Numbered from the stretch's first letter, positions 1 through 9,507 are shown. The stretch: DNA of 64,000 nt from an uncultured Pseudomonadota bacterium (GCA_947303585.1 CAMYYT010000002.1:2326-66325); one strand, 5' to 3'. Notes: generated by a model from the sequence alone, not told the origin. Numbers and translations: made by a program.

Positions 1-1
1 G

Positions 2-778
2 TACAAGGCTGATACAACATTGGCACAATCACAATTATCATTAGAACGTGCAAAAAACAATCGCGAAATCGCTAAAGGAACGCTTTTAACTAAACTTTCT
101 TTTTCGGCAGACCAAGAAATTGTAATTGCGGATATGTCTTCAACTTTTGGAACCGAAGCAGAAAATGAAAACATAGATGAATTGATAAAGATTGCGCGCG
201 AAAAAAGACCTGATTTGTTAAAGGCTTCGGCGAACAAGGATGCGGCTTGGCATAAAAGAAATGCGGCGTTTTTGAAAAATTTGCCATCTATAAGTGCCAG
301 CGGTTCTGTGTCTTGGAACGATGAAAGATTGCCAGGTGTATTTGAACCTGATTCAAATCAAATAAACGGTTCGATTGGAATTCGTGCGTCTATGCCTTTG
401 TTTGCAGGTTTTGCAAATCTTTATGGACTTCGTGCTGCGGAATCAGACTATGACAGGGCAAAATATAATGAACAGCAAACCAGTAATACCGCAATGATGG
501 ATGTGTTTACTGCATATCAAAATTATAAAACAGCACAAACGGTGTTAAAGCACGCAGAAAGTCTTCTTAAATCGGCAACAGAAAACGAACGTGTTACATC
601 TGGTATGTACAAAGTAGGGCGTTCGACTATGCTTGATTGGCAGACGGCTCAATCAGAATTGATTAACGCACAAAAACAAAATAATGCTGCGAAATACGAT
701 TTGTATGTAAAACGTGCGGCGGTTGCGTTGGCTATCGGCGATATAAAATCAGAAATCGAAGGAATGAAAAATGACTGA
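2..778 (+). CDS. TolC-family outer membrane efflux protein (OEP), 5' partial; reading frame open to window edge
   Basis: No stop upstream in frame to position 2. Translation has the OEP repeat pattern (LLKASANKDAAWHKRNAAFL.., LDWQTAQSELINAQ). Followed by macA-macB-like genes. Confidence 0.75.
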   Translation, partial: YKADTTLAQSQLSLERAKNNREIAKGTLLTKLSFSADQEIVIADMSSTFGTEAENENIDELIKIAREKRPDLLKASANKDAAWHKRNAAFLKNLPSISASGSVSWNDERLPGVFEPDSNQINGSIGIRASMPLFAGFANLYGLRAAESDYDRAKYNEQQTSNTAMMDVFTAYQNYKTAQTVLKHAESLLKSATENERVTSGMYKVGRSTMLDWQTAQSELINAQKQNNAAKYDLYVKRAAVALAIGDIKSEIEGMKND

Positions 779-1946
779 TAAAAGAAATTGGTTTAAGCGC
801 CATAAATGGTGGACTGTGTTCGGTGTGGCTTTGATAGCAACTGTTGGTATAAGCGTTTTTGGCGCAAAAAAAATGGAAAAGAAAAATTATGTTACGATGG
901 ATATTACGCGCGGCGATATATCACAAACTGTTACGGCGACTGGTGAAATTATGCCGGTGAACACTGTAAGTGTTGGATCACAAGTATCGGGTACCATCGA
1001 AGAAATTTTCGTAGATTATAATTCTGTGGTGAAAAAAGGTGATAAATTATTAACCATAGAACCATCTGTTTTACAGGCTTCTGTTGATGAAGCCAAAGCG
1101 TCACTTGATAGTGCGATATCTCAACGCAATTATGCGAAAAATGAATATAACAGAAGTAAAACACTTTACCAAGATGATTATATCCCGCGCAGCGAAATGG
1201 AAAAAGCACAAACGACTTATGAACAAGCAGAGGCTGCTGTGGTTCGTGCGCAATCTCAATATGATAAAGCGGTCACAAATCTTAGTTATGCAACAATTGT
1301 GTCTCCTGTTGATGGAACTGTGATTTCAAGAAAAGTAGACAAAGGTCAAACTGTTGCGGCATCCTTTCAAACTCCAGACTTGTTTGAAATTGCCGAAGAT
1401 TTAACCAAAATGCAAATTGAAACATCTGTATCCGAAGCTGATATTGGAACCATTAAACAAGGTCAGCCAGTCACATTCACTGTTGACGCATATTCTTCAA
1501 ATGTATTCAAAGGCGAAGTCCGTCAAATTCGTTTGTCACCAACTACTACATCCAATGTTGTTGTTTATACAGTAGTAATTGATGTAGATAATGCGGATTT
1601 GAAATTGATGCCTGGGATGACTGCTTTTGTAACGATAGTAGTAGCCGAAGCCAAAGATGCATGGAAAGCACAAAATTCAGCGTTTTTAATCCGCAGTTTT
1701 GATGGTATTGTTGCGGTTAGTGATGAAAATATAACACCAAAAACACACCTTGCGATTAAACGCGGCGAAGAAATAAAATTGATTTCTTATACCAAAGGTT
1801 TGGCCACAGCCACAGAAACACAAATTATTTCTGATGAAATTATGGCTGGTGATAAAATCGTAATTGGTTATATGGGGCAAAAATCTAAAAAGTCAGGACA
1901 AAATAATGGTCGTGGCGGTATGATGGGTGGTCCTGGTCCGCGTTAA
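771..1946 (+). CDS. macA: Efflux pump periplasmic adaptor (HlyD/MacA family membrane fusion protein)
   Basis: N-terminal TM, biotin-lipoyl-like and beta-barrel regions (GEIMPVNTVSVGSQVSGTIEEI, VSPVDGTVISRKV). 8-nt overlap with upstream tolC-like ORF. Confidence 0.8.
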   Translation: MTDKRNWFKRHKWWTVFGVALIATVGISVFGAKKMEKKNYVTMDITRGDISQTVTATGEIMPVNTVSVGSQVSGTIEEIFVDYNSVVKKGDKLLTIEPSVLQASVDEAKASLDSAISQRNYAKNEYNRSKTLYQDDYIPRSEMEKAQTTYEQAEAAVVRAQSQYDKAVTNLSYATIVSPVDGTVISRKVDKGQTVAASFQTPDLFEIAEDLTKMQIETSVSEADIGTIKQGQPVTFTVDAYSSNVFKGEVRQIRLSPTTTSNVVVYTVVIDVDNADLKLMPGMTAFVTIVVAEAKDAWKAQNSAFLIRSFDGIVAVSDENITPKTHLAIKRGEEIKLISYTKGLATATETQIISDEIMAGDKIVIGYMGQKSKKSGQNNGRGGMMGGPGPR

Positions 1947-1959
1947 AGGTATAGAAAGC

Positions 1960-2706
1960 ATGAAACAAACGCCAATTATATCTATGAAGAAAATTTGTAA
2001 AGTCTTCCCATTGGAAGTGGGCGGAGAGCAACAAGTTTTGTTTGATGTTTCTTTCACAATAAATTCTGGTGAATTTGTTGCGATTATGGGACCATCAGGT
2101 TCTGGAAAATCAACTTGTATGAATATAATCGGTGCGCTTGATGGTGCGACCAGCGGCATTTATGAATTATATGGTAAAGATATTACGACGCTTTTGCCGG
2201 ACGAACTGGCAAAAATAAGAAACGAATATATCGGCTTTGTTTTTCAAAACTTTAATTTGTTACCCAAAAGAAATATATTAGACAATGTAATGTTGCCTTT
2301 GATGTATCGTGGCTTGCCAATGAGTGAGCGGCTTGAACGTGCGCGTGAAATGTTGCAATTGGTAAATTTGGAAAACTTTGAAACATATTTGCCGACACAA
2401 TTATCTGGTGGAATGAAACAAAGGGTTGCGATTGCGCGTGCCTTGGCGGGAAATCCTAAATTGATTTTGGCAGACGAACCGACTGGTGCGCTTGATTCAA
2501 AAATGGGAAACGAGATTTTAAAGTTTTTCAAAAAATTAAACAAAGAATTGGGAATAACGATAGTAATGATTACTCATGAATTTGAAATTGCACAATATGC
2601 CAATCGAGTAATTCATATTTACGACGGTCGTATAACTTATGATGGGCCTGTTCCCAAAAGTGAATCTGTGTTATTAAAATCAGAACAAAAGGCGCGCCAA
2701 AAATGA
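1960..2706 (+). CDS. macB: ABC transporter ATP-binding protein (MacB/LolD-like ATPase)
   Basis: Walker A GPSGSGKST, ABC signature LSGGMKQRVAIARAL, Walker B LILADEPTGALD. ATG at 1960 preferred over the GTG at 1927 that overlaps macA. Confidence 0.85.
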   Translation: MKQTPIISMKKICKVFPLEVGGEQQVLFDVSFTINSGEFVAIMGPSGSGKSTCMNIIGALDGATSGIYELYGKDITTLLPDELAKIRNEYIGFVFQNFNLLPKRNILDNVMLPLMYRGLPMSERLERAREMLQLVNLENFETYLPTQLSGGMKQRVAIARALAGNPKLILADEPTGALDSKMGNEILKFFKKLNKELGITIVMITHEFEIAQYANRVIHIYDGRITYDGPVPKSESVLLKSEQKARQK

Positions 2707-3920
2707 CATTTTACGACATTATGCATGAATCTTGGTTGTCTATCAGCGGAAATAAAATGCGTTCATTTTTGACGGTGTTAGGTATAGTAATTGGTATTAT
2801 GGCTGTGGTGATAATGGTTGCTGTGGGTGAAACGGTTCAACAATCTATCACAGATCAATTTTCATCGCTCGGCACAAATACGATTATGATACGCGCAGGT
2901 GCGGCGCAAAGCGCGGGTGTGCGCACCGGTAATCGTATGACATTAACAATGGACGATATACAATATATTTCTCAGTTGCCAGATGTTGCTGCGGTAACCC
3001 CGCAAGACACTTCAGGCGCCCAGGTTGTATATGGAAACAGAAACTGGTCTACATCTGTGGTTGGGGTGTATCCGGGGTATGCAACTGTTCAAAACATAGA
3101 AATGGAACACGGAACATTTATTGATATGTCTGCGGTCAGAAACGCTGCGACATACGCGGTTATTGGACCTGAAACAGCCGAAGAGTTGGGGTTGCCTAAA
3201 AATCCAATCGGTGAAATAATTCGTGTTCGTAATACGCCATTAACAATTATTGGGGTCACCAAAGCAAAGGGCAGTTCTGGCATGGGGTCACAAGACGATA
3301 TGATAATTGTGCCAATAACCACTTTGAAAAAAAGAATAACCGGTTCGCGTTTTCCTAATTCAGTATCTATGATAGCATTGAAATTATACCAAGATGCAGA
3401 CAACGATATCGCTACCGAACAAATAACATCTTTGTTGCGTCAAAGACATAAATTAAAAGACGGCGATGCAGATGATTTTCAAATAACTGATATGAAACAA
3501 GTTATGGAAACGATGGAAACAGTAACGGGTTATTTAACGCTTTTGTTAATTGCAATCGCGGCAGTATCATTGTTGGTGGGTTCCATAGGTATTATGAATA
3601 TGATGTTGGTATCAGTTGCAGAACGTACTCGTGAAATCGGTATAAGAAAAGCCATTGGCGCACAAGAAAGCACCATCATTACACAGTTTTTATCTGAATC
3701 AATATTGATATCGTTTATCGGGTCTATGTTTGGACTTGTCCTTGGGGTAGGTTTATCCCAAGGAGTGGGCAGATTAATATTGCATTACAACGTTCCATTT
3801 TCAATTTGGCCTGTTGTTGTGTCTGTGTCGGTCGCAGTAGTGGTGGGATTGGCATCTGGTGTAATGCCAGCAATCAAAGCCGCAAAATTAAACCCAATCG
3901 ATAGCCTAAGATACGAATAA
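2703..3920 (+). CDS. ABC transporter permease (MacB-type, FtsX family with large periplasmic domain)
   Basis: ATGA overlap with upstream ATPase. N-terminal TM, periplasmic domain, then C-terminal four-TM FtsX-like region. Confidence 0.8.
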   Translation: MTFYDIMHESWLSISGNKMRSFLTVLGIVIGIMAVVIMVAVGETVQQSITDQFSSLGTNTIMIRAGAAQSAGVRTGNRMTLTMDDIQYISQLPDVAAVTPQDTSGAQVVYGNRNWSTSVVGVYPGYATVQNIEMEHGTFIDMSAVRNAATYAVIGPETAEELGLPKNPIGEIIRVRNTPLTIIGVTKAKGSSGMGSQDDMIIVPITTLKKRITGSRFPNSVSMIALKLYQDADNDIATEQITSLLRQRHKLKDGDADDFQITDMKQVMETMETVTGYLTLLLIAIAAVSLLVGSIGIMNMMLVSVAERTREIGIRKAIGAQESTIITQFLSESILISFIGSMFGLVLGVGLSQGVGRLILHYNVPFSIWPVVVSVSVAVVVGLASGVMPAIKAAKLNPIDSLRYE

Positions 3921-3951
3921 AATTATATTTGAAATACAGTGAAAAAAACAA

Positions 3952-5199
3952 TTAACGAACGGATGCGCTAATATTTTGTGTGCTTTTACTTGTGGCGGAT
4001 GTTCCAGGATTTACGGTTTTAGGTTGTTCTGTCCTTATTCCACGAAGTCCCAATACACAATATTGAAAATCTTCTGGGTCGGTTTTAGACCAGCATTGTG
4101 AACCATTGTTGCCCATAACACCAAATCTTAATTGTTCTTCGCTTAATGTCACTGTGCACCTTTGGTAATTTGATGATGCACTGGTCCCAGTAAACGGACA
4201 ATCATATTGTCCTTGTTCAACAGAACTTTTCCAAAAGTTCCCCCCAGGACAGAATTTTTTTGGATTGCTGCATTTCTGTTGTTGAACACTATTTGCCGGC
4301 AAATAGTAACCCTTGGTAACTTTTATAGATGTTTCTACGCACTCCGTATGGTCAGCATTAGCTTTGGTTCCAATCGGGCATTTATCACACCCATCACCAT
4401 AACCATTTGCAACATAATGTTCATCATCAAAACCATGCTCACTTGTGCAGGCGTCTTTAGGTAAAAGCTTCCCTTGGTCTACGCCTGATGCTTTATGCCA
4501 ACCCCCAAGTTTTTCGGAACCCAAACAAACATATCCCGAAGGACAAGGTGCGCATTCTTCTGTGTCTGCAGGAAGGTACGAACCGGCTAAACATTTTATA
4601 GCTCTCTCAACACATTCTGTTTGAGCTGCGTTTGGTTCTGTCCCATCTGGACACGATTCCACACCCTGATCTTCATCTTTTGGTGTTACCTTTACTTTGG
4701 TTCCAGGGCAATAATAGTTTCTAAGAGCTGGGTCCGCTTTTTCGCAATCTAAACAAAAAACACTATCTTTACAGAACACACATTCACTTTTTCCCCTTGG
4801 TAAATAGGATCCTGGGTCGCATACCAACTCTTTATAGTAAACTTTATCATCAGTAAAAATTGATTTGTAATAACATTGATCCTTCCTGCTTGAGCCTGCA
4901 TCAGAATATGGAAAATCTGCAGGGCATAAACGCCAACCACCACCATGCGTACCCCAGCTAGGCCACCTGTTCGCGCATCCGTCTTCAAACTGGCCTATTG
5001 TAACAGCTTGGTTCCCCCCGCCCTCGCAATAACATCCCGGTTTACACATGTGCCGTTGAGTGTTTAGGCAGACATAACCCGCAGGTGCTTTTTTGTTATT
5101 GCTATTACAGTATGTTGCTGTTGCATACGATGGAACGACTTGTCCGGCCGACGCCATTGTTGCGATACCTAACATCAAAAATGTACGTTTTGTGAACAT
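3952..5199 (-). CDS. Secreted cysteine-rich repeat protein (furin/ephrin-receptor-like repeats); paralog of the giant protein at 41837-47821
   Basis: Signal peptide MFTKRTFLMLGIATMASA. Repeated C..G.YLP....C..CP.G..C modules and a CPADFPYSDAGSSRKDQCYYK motif also present in the 1994-aa protein. Confidence 0.7.
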   Translation of the reverse strand: MFTKRTFLMLGIATMASAGQVVPSYATATYCNSNNKKAPAGYVCLNTQRHMCKPGCYCEGGGNQAVTIGQFEDGCANRWPSWGTHGGGWRLCPADFPYSDAGSSRKDQCYYKSIFTDDKVYYKELVCDPGSYLPRGKSECVFCKDSVFCLDCEKADPALRNYYCPGTKVKVTPKDEDQGVESCPDGTEPNAAQTECVERAIKCLAGSYLPADTEECAPCPSGYVCLGSEKLGGWHKASGVDQGKLLPKDACTSEHGFDDEHYVANGYGDGCDKCPIGTKANADHTECVETSIKVTKGYYLPANSVQQQKCSNPKKFCPGGNFWKSSVEQGQYDCPFTGTSASSNYQRCTVTLSEEQLRFGVMGNNGSQCWSKTDPEDFQYCVLGLRGIRTEQPKTVNPGTSATSKSTQNISASVR

Positions 5200-5295
5200 G
5201 ACTATATAAAAATCCCGGTTCCTTTCTAATAAGTAAAATTATACTATCTTTCCCCGCTTTCCGCAAGGGGAAAATTAAACACAAAAAAATAATCG

Positions 5296-5313
5296 GCGCC
5301 CAGAAGGATTCCC
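5296..5313 (-). repeat. Partial copy of tRNA-Arg 3' end (ggcgcccagaaggattcc)
   Basis: Same 18-19 nt as the 3' acceptor/T-arm end of tRNA-Arg at 5634, about 340 bp away, same orientation. Confidence 0.6.
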
Positions 5314-5464
5314 TCGACACTTTGTGTCTGCGGGGCAACCGTAACGATTTGATTACACTGCGTTTATCAAATCTACTTGTTGTCGAACCTGGGTTCGAAC
5401 CATTATTGTGAACAATAATAAAAATAAAACACGACATAAAGCCGTGTTTAATTTTTATTCTGGC

Positions 5465-5484
5465 GCGCCCAGAAGGATTGTTTC
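5465..5484 (-). repeat. Second partial copy of tRNA-Arg 3' end (tggcgcgcccagaaggattg)
   Basis: Direct repeat of the tRNA-Arg 3' end, 169 bp below the intact tRNA. A hairpin-terminator (5606-5627) separates it from the tRNA. Confidence 0.6.
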
Positions 5485-5633
5485 GCTTCGCTTCACTCCC
5501 TTGGCTCATTCGCTATCGCTCACCGGCATACTGCCGTCTGCCTTTCGCCTGCGGGTCGAACCCTCTGGCCGGGTTCTCATCCTTTGGTAGCACCAGATAA
5601 ATTAAAAACCGGCAAAAGCCGGTTTTGAATTTA

Positions 5634-5710
5634 TGGCGCGCCCAGAAGGATTCGAACCCTCAACCTTCTGATCCGTAGTCAGATGCTCTATCCAATTGAG
5701 CCATGGGCGC
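5634..5710 (-). tRNA. tRNA-Arg (anticodon ACG)
   Basis: Reverse complement folds as a cloverleaf: acceptor GCGCCCA/TGGGCGC, anticodon stem TCTGA/TCAGA with loop CTACGGA, T-loop TTCGAAT, 3' CCA encoded. Confidence 0.85.
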
Positions 5711-5766
5711 AATACTCTGTTATTTTATACTCTTTTGTTTGAATTGCAAGAAAAATTACAACTTTT

Positions 5767-6384
5767 TTATTTGTGCTTGTTTTTTTCGTCATGCATATAT
5801 TTCAAAAGATTAAAATTTGGCAGTTTATAATATATCGAATTAAAATGTTGACGACATACAGATTTATATTGCGATGCGCCAACTTCAACTTGACTGCCAT
5901 CACGAATAACATTGCCGAATTCATCAAAACGCAAATGATGGCTGGCAGAATTAACGCATCCTGGCATTTCACAAACTGTTTCTATTTCGTGTTTTTCTGC
6001 GTTTGCTTCAAATAATCTTTTGGACGCAGGAAACATATTTCCATTGCTGTCCACAACCAACCCATAACAAATTATGGTTGTTTTTGAATTGTCTGCGATT
6101 TCAACCAATTTATCAATGTCTTTTGGCGAAAAAAATTGGACTTCGTCAATCAGTATAAATTGTGTGTCGCGCCGTGGTTTATAACTGTCAAGATTAGGTA
6201 TAGTGCGCGCATCAGTTGATAAACCAATTCTGGAAACAATTTTGCTGGTTGAATCGCGATTATCAACAGACGGTTTTATGACTTCAAATTTATTGCCTGT
6301 GCGTTTCAAGTTGTAAGCATTTATGCAAAGCAGAGCAGATTTAGAAGACGCCATAACCCCGTAATAAAAATGTAATTTTGCCAT
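5767..6384 (-). CDS. tdk: Thymidine kinase
   Basis: MAKLHFYYGVMASSKSALL.. P-loop and C-terminal zinc-ribbon cysteines typical of Tdk. Confidence 0.85.
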   Translation of the reverse strand: MAKLHFYYGVMASSKSALLCINAYNLKRTGNKFEVIKPSVDNRDSTSKIVSRIGLSTDARTIPNLDSYKPRRDTQFILIDEVQFFSPKDIDKLVEIADNSKTTIICYGLVVDSNGNMFPASKRLFEANAEKHEIETVCEMPGCVNSASHHLRFDEFGNVIRDGSQVEVGASQYKSVCRQHFNSIYYKLPNFNLLKYMHDEKNKHK

Positions 6385-6389
6385 GAATA

Positions 6390-6785
6390 TTATCCTTCCT
6401 TTGGTTTGTGAATTTTTATTTCAAAACTGCCGTTATTAATCGGTTTAAAAGAAATTATGTGTGGGCTGATTATGCTCTGTGTCATCCATTGTGGAAATTT
6501 TTGTTTTAATATTCCGCTGGCGCCAGTTATCACAGTCGCGCTTCGCGCCCCAGACATAACTGTTTCAATCAACATATTCCATGCTTCTTCTTCGGTATGT
6601 TGATGAAAATCAATTGTTATATGTTCTGGTGTTTTTTCAATTGGTTTCGGAACACGTGTTGATAAATGCAAAGACTGACGAACAGATTTTTTTACAGAAT
6701 TTTCATCTGTTATAAAATCTTCTCCAATCATATTTGCAATATCAGCATCACTTAATTGTTTCATATTATTCTGCCAAAGCCCCAA
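6390..6785 (-). CDS. Smr domain-containing protein
   Basis: C-terminal Smr-like segment (TIDFHQHTEEEAWNMLIE..ATVITGASGILKQKFPQWM). 20-nt overlap with the alaS end. Confidence 0.5.
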   Translation of the reverse strand: MGLWQNNMKQLSDADIANMIGEDFITDENSVKKSVRQSLHLSTRVPKPIEKTPEHITIDFHQHTEEEAWNMLIETVMSGARSATVITGASGILKQKFPQWMTQSIISPHIISFKPINNGSFEIKIHKPKEG

Positions 6786-8844
6786 CAGACATAGTTATAC
6801 GACGTATCCCAGAACTGATAGATTTTTCTTTGTTAATGCGTGCTTTGATAATTTCGCCAGTATGATAAACATGTGTTCCACCACATAATTCACAAGACAC
6901 ATCGCCCGCAGTTATTACACGAACACGGTCACCATACTTTTCGCCAAACAAAGCCATTGCACCGCGTTTTTTTGCAGATTCTATATCCATTTCTTCGTGT
7001 TTAACTGGCAAATCTTCGCTTATCCATTTGTTTACCAAATCTTCAACAGCTTGCTTTTCTTCGGCACTCATTGCGCGCCCAAAAGAAAAATCAAAACGTA
7101 CAGAATCAGGTGCAACCTTGGAACCGCGTTGTTCTACATCTTCGTTTAACACTTGACGAAGTGCAGCCTGTAATAAATGTGTCGCAGTATGTGCGCGTGC
7201 AGTTTGTTGACGAATTGTCTGATTAATTTCAGGCATAACTTTGTCGCCCACAGAAATAGATTCAGCTAGTGTCCCTTTGTGAATAACCACATTGCCAACG
7301 CGATTTGTTTCAGCAACATTCATTACAATTTTATCGCCGATTTTGAATACGCCCATATCGCCGACCTGTCCACCCTGAGTGCCATAGAAAGGTGTATGAT
7401 TTAATGCGATTTCAACTTCTGCATCGGCGTCAGCAGATTTTACAAATTCTTCACCACGTAATATTGATAGCACTTTCGCGGTTCTGTTTGTTTCTGCTTC
7501 GTATTTTTCAGAATCATCTGTTGCTGGCAAATCAGTTTGAGATTCCCATAATACGCGTGTTCCACGGGTGTCTGCACGAGAACGTTCTTTTTGTTCTTTC
7601 ATACATTTTTCGAACGAATCAACATCGACATCCATTTTTTTATCGCGCAAAATCATTTGAGTCAAATCAAGTGGAAATCCGTAAGTATCAAATAATTTGA
7701 AAGCGATATCCCCAGGCAATACATTGTTGTTTACTTTGGGTAATTCGCTTTCCAACAATTTCATGCCATTTTGCAACATATCAGCAAAAGAATTTTCTTC
7801 GTTTTTGATAATTTCTACAACATGCTTTTCTTGGGTTTTTAATTCAGGATAAGCATCGCCCATTTCTTTGACTAACGCAGGATACAACGCAGACAACAAT
7901 TCGCCACGATGCCCCAATATTTGTCCATGACGCATCGCACGACGTAAAATTCTACGAATTACATAACCACGGTCAGCATTACTTGGGATAACACCATCAG
8001 CAATTGCAAAACCCACAGCGCGTAAATGGTCAGTAATTATTTTAAAACTTGGTTTGTTTTCTTCTGTTTCTTTAACACCAGTCAAATCAGAAACTGCGCT
8101 TTTCAAATTTGCAAACAAATCAGTATCATAATTATCCAGTTTGTTTTGTAAAACCGCAGCCCATCTTTCCAGTCCTGCACCAGTATCAACATTTTGTTTA
8201 GGAAGAGGTGTTAAATTTCCATTAGCATCTCTGTCGTATTGCATAAATACATCGTTCCAAATTTCTACAAAACGTCCACCGTCTTCGTCAGGTGTTCCCG
8301 GCAATCCACCCGGAACATCTGGACCAAAATCATAATGCATTTCTGTGCATGGACCACAAGGACCAGTTTCCCCAGCAGACCACCAGTTATCTTTATCTAA
8401 TCTAATGGCGTCTTTGCCAGTAATTTTTTTCCAAATTTGTGTTGCTTCATCATCGCTTATGTGTGTTGTCACCACGATTCTGTTTGGGTCTAAACCAATA
8501 ACTTTGGTCAATAATTCCCAAGACATTTCAATAGCGCCTTCTTTGAAATAATCGCCAAAAGACCAATTCCCCAGCATTTCAAAGAAAGTATGATGACGAC
8601 CATCAAAACCAACATCTTCGAGGTCATTATGTTTTCCCCCCGCGCGAATACATTTTTGAACATTTGCAACACGTGGTGCAATTGGTTGTTCTGTGCCTTG
8701 GAATACGCCTTTCCATTGAACCATGCCAGCAACACTAAAAAGCAAAGTTGGGTCATTAGGAATCAAAGACGCAGACGGAACAATCTTGTGTCCGTGTTGT
8801 TCAAAATAACCTAAAAAAACTTTCCTTATATCATTGTATGTCAT
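6766..8844 (-). CDS. alaS: Alanine--tRNA ligase, short form lacking the C-Ala domain
   Basis: N-terminal class II catalytic motifs (FLGYFEQHGHKIVPSASLIPNDPTLLFSVAGM), editing-domain HxxxH..CGGTHV. ORF ends right after the editing domain at 692 aa. Confidence 0.85.
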   Translation of the reverse strand: MTYNDIRKVFLGYFEQHGHKIVPSASLIPNDPTLLFSVAGMVQWKGVFQGTEQPIAPRVANVQKCIRAGGKHNDLEDVGFDGRHHTFFEMLGNWSFGDYFKEGAIEMSWELLTKVIGLDPNRIVVTTHISDDEATQIWKKITGKDAIRLDKDNWWSAGETGPCGPCTEMHYDFGPDVPGGLPGTPDEDGGRFVEIWNDVFMQYDRDANGNLTPLPKQNVDTGAGLERWAAVLQNKLDNYDTDLFANLKSAVSDLTGVKETEENKPSFKIITDHLRAVGFAIADGVIPSNADRGYVIRRILRRAMRHGQILGHRGELLSALYPALVKEMGDAYPELKTQEKHVVEIIKNEENSFADMLQNGMKLLESELPKVNNNVLPGDIAFKLFDTYGFPLDLTQMILRDKKMDVDVDSFEKCMKEQKERSRADTRGTRVLWESQTDLPATDDSEKYEAETNRTAKVLSILRGEEFVKSADADAEVEIALNHTPFYGTQGGQVGDMGVFKIGDKIVMNVAETNRVGNVVIHKGTLAESISVGDKVMPEINQTIRQQTARAHTATHLLQAALRQVLNEDVEQRGSKVAPDSVRFDFSFGRAMSAEEKQAVEDLVNKWISEDLPVKHEEMDIESAKKRGAMALFGEKYGDRVRVITAGDVSCELCGGTHVYHTGEIIKARINKEKSISSGIRRITMSVGALAE

Positions 8845-8907
8845 AATGTGTTTCCTTTTTTTGTCACTTTATGATAAAATTAAAAATTATCAGATTCAAT
8901 CATAAAA

Positions 8908-8937
8908 TTGCAAAAAGGTTATATTTTGTGATATAAT
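8908..8937 (+). promoter_or_regulatory. Sigma70-like promoter TTGCAA-18-TATAAT with extended -10 (TGTGATATAATG)
   Basis: Near-consensus hexamers upstream of the 8961 CDS. Same TTTGTGATATAATG motif recurs at 58337 and 59717. Confidence 0.5.
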
Positions 8938-8960
8938 GTAAAACAACGGTGGGAATAAAT

Positions 8961-9461
8961 ATGAATAAAAAACCTGGTTTGCTTTTCGCGGTAGCTCTTT
9001 TTGCCATAATAATATTGGCAACATCTTTTCATATGGATTTTGGTGGAAATCCGCCGCTGGAATTAAGGTCGGGTGTGAATCCTGAAAATGTTTTATATGT
9101 TTGTCCTGTGACCAGTTCTGTATGGGAAACCATGTCACAGTCGCTGCATTACCTAGATAGATATGCGTCAGTATTCTTTGCTTTCATAGGAATTGTTTTA
9201 ACTTTCAGTTGGGGATGGGCAATATATCAAAACCTTTTAAAAGATAAGTTTAGTGAAGATGCATATAAAAATCCATGGGCTTTAACCAAAGCATTTTTCT
9301 GGTTGATAATAATTTTTACTATTTTGATAGCAACGCCAAATCGTTTCAGAACAGTTGGAATTCGCGACAATCATGGCAAAGTGGATTATAGTTGGGTGCT
9401 TTGTGATAACACTTCTGAAGGTGCTCAAGCGGTAAGTTATAAAAGAGTAGTTTCTCGTTAG
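8961..9461 (+). CDS. Hypothetical integral membrane protein
   Basis: N-terminal hydrophobic segment plus two more predicted TM helices. ATG at 8961 preceded by GGTGGGA. Confidence 0.5.
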   Translation: MNKKPGLLFAVALFAIIILATSFHMDFGGNPPLELRSGVNPENVLYVCPVTSSVWETMSQSLHYLDRYASVFFAFIGIVLTFSWGWAIYQNLLKDKFSEDAYKNPWALTKAFFWLIIIFTILIATPNRFRTVGIRDNHGKVDYSWVLCDNTSEGAQAVSYKRVVSR

Positions 9462-9507
9462 GTTTTTTGTCAAGAATTAAGTTTTTTGCGCCTTTGAAAT
9501 AATTGAC

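Noticed and set aside
1927-1959. GTG start at 1927 for the ABC ATPase (would overlap macA by 20 nt)
   Set aside because: ATG at 1960 gives a typical ABC N-terminus (MKQTPIISMKKICKVF) and avoids a long overlap. The GTG alternative is retained only as a possibility.
5200-5295. Possible hairpin TCCCCGCTTTCCGCAAGGGGA upstream of the Cys-rich gene, considered as a terminator
   Set aside because: Imperfect stem with no U-tract in the relevant orientation. It lies in a promoter region rather than at a gene end.
5465-5600. Considered whether the about 135-nt segment ending in the tRNA-like 3' end could be the acceptor or coding piece of a permuted alphaproteobacterial tmRNA (ssrA). ORF 5408-5590 covers it.
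   Set aside because: No GGGG-type 5' acceptor strand and no plausible tag reading frame ending in a hydrophobic tripeptide plus stop. The 3' end is identical to tRNA-Arg rather than a tmRNA acceptor. Best explained as an att-type duplicate. The protein ORF is spurious.
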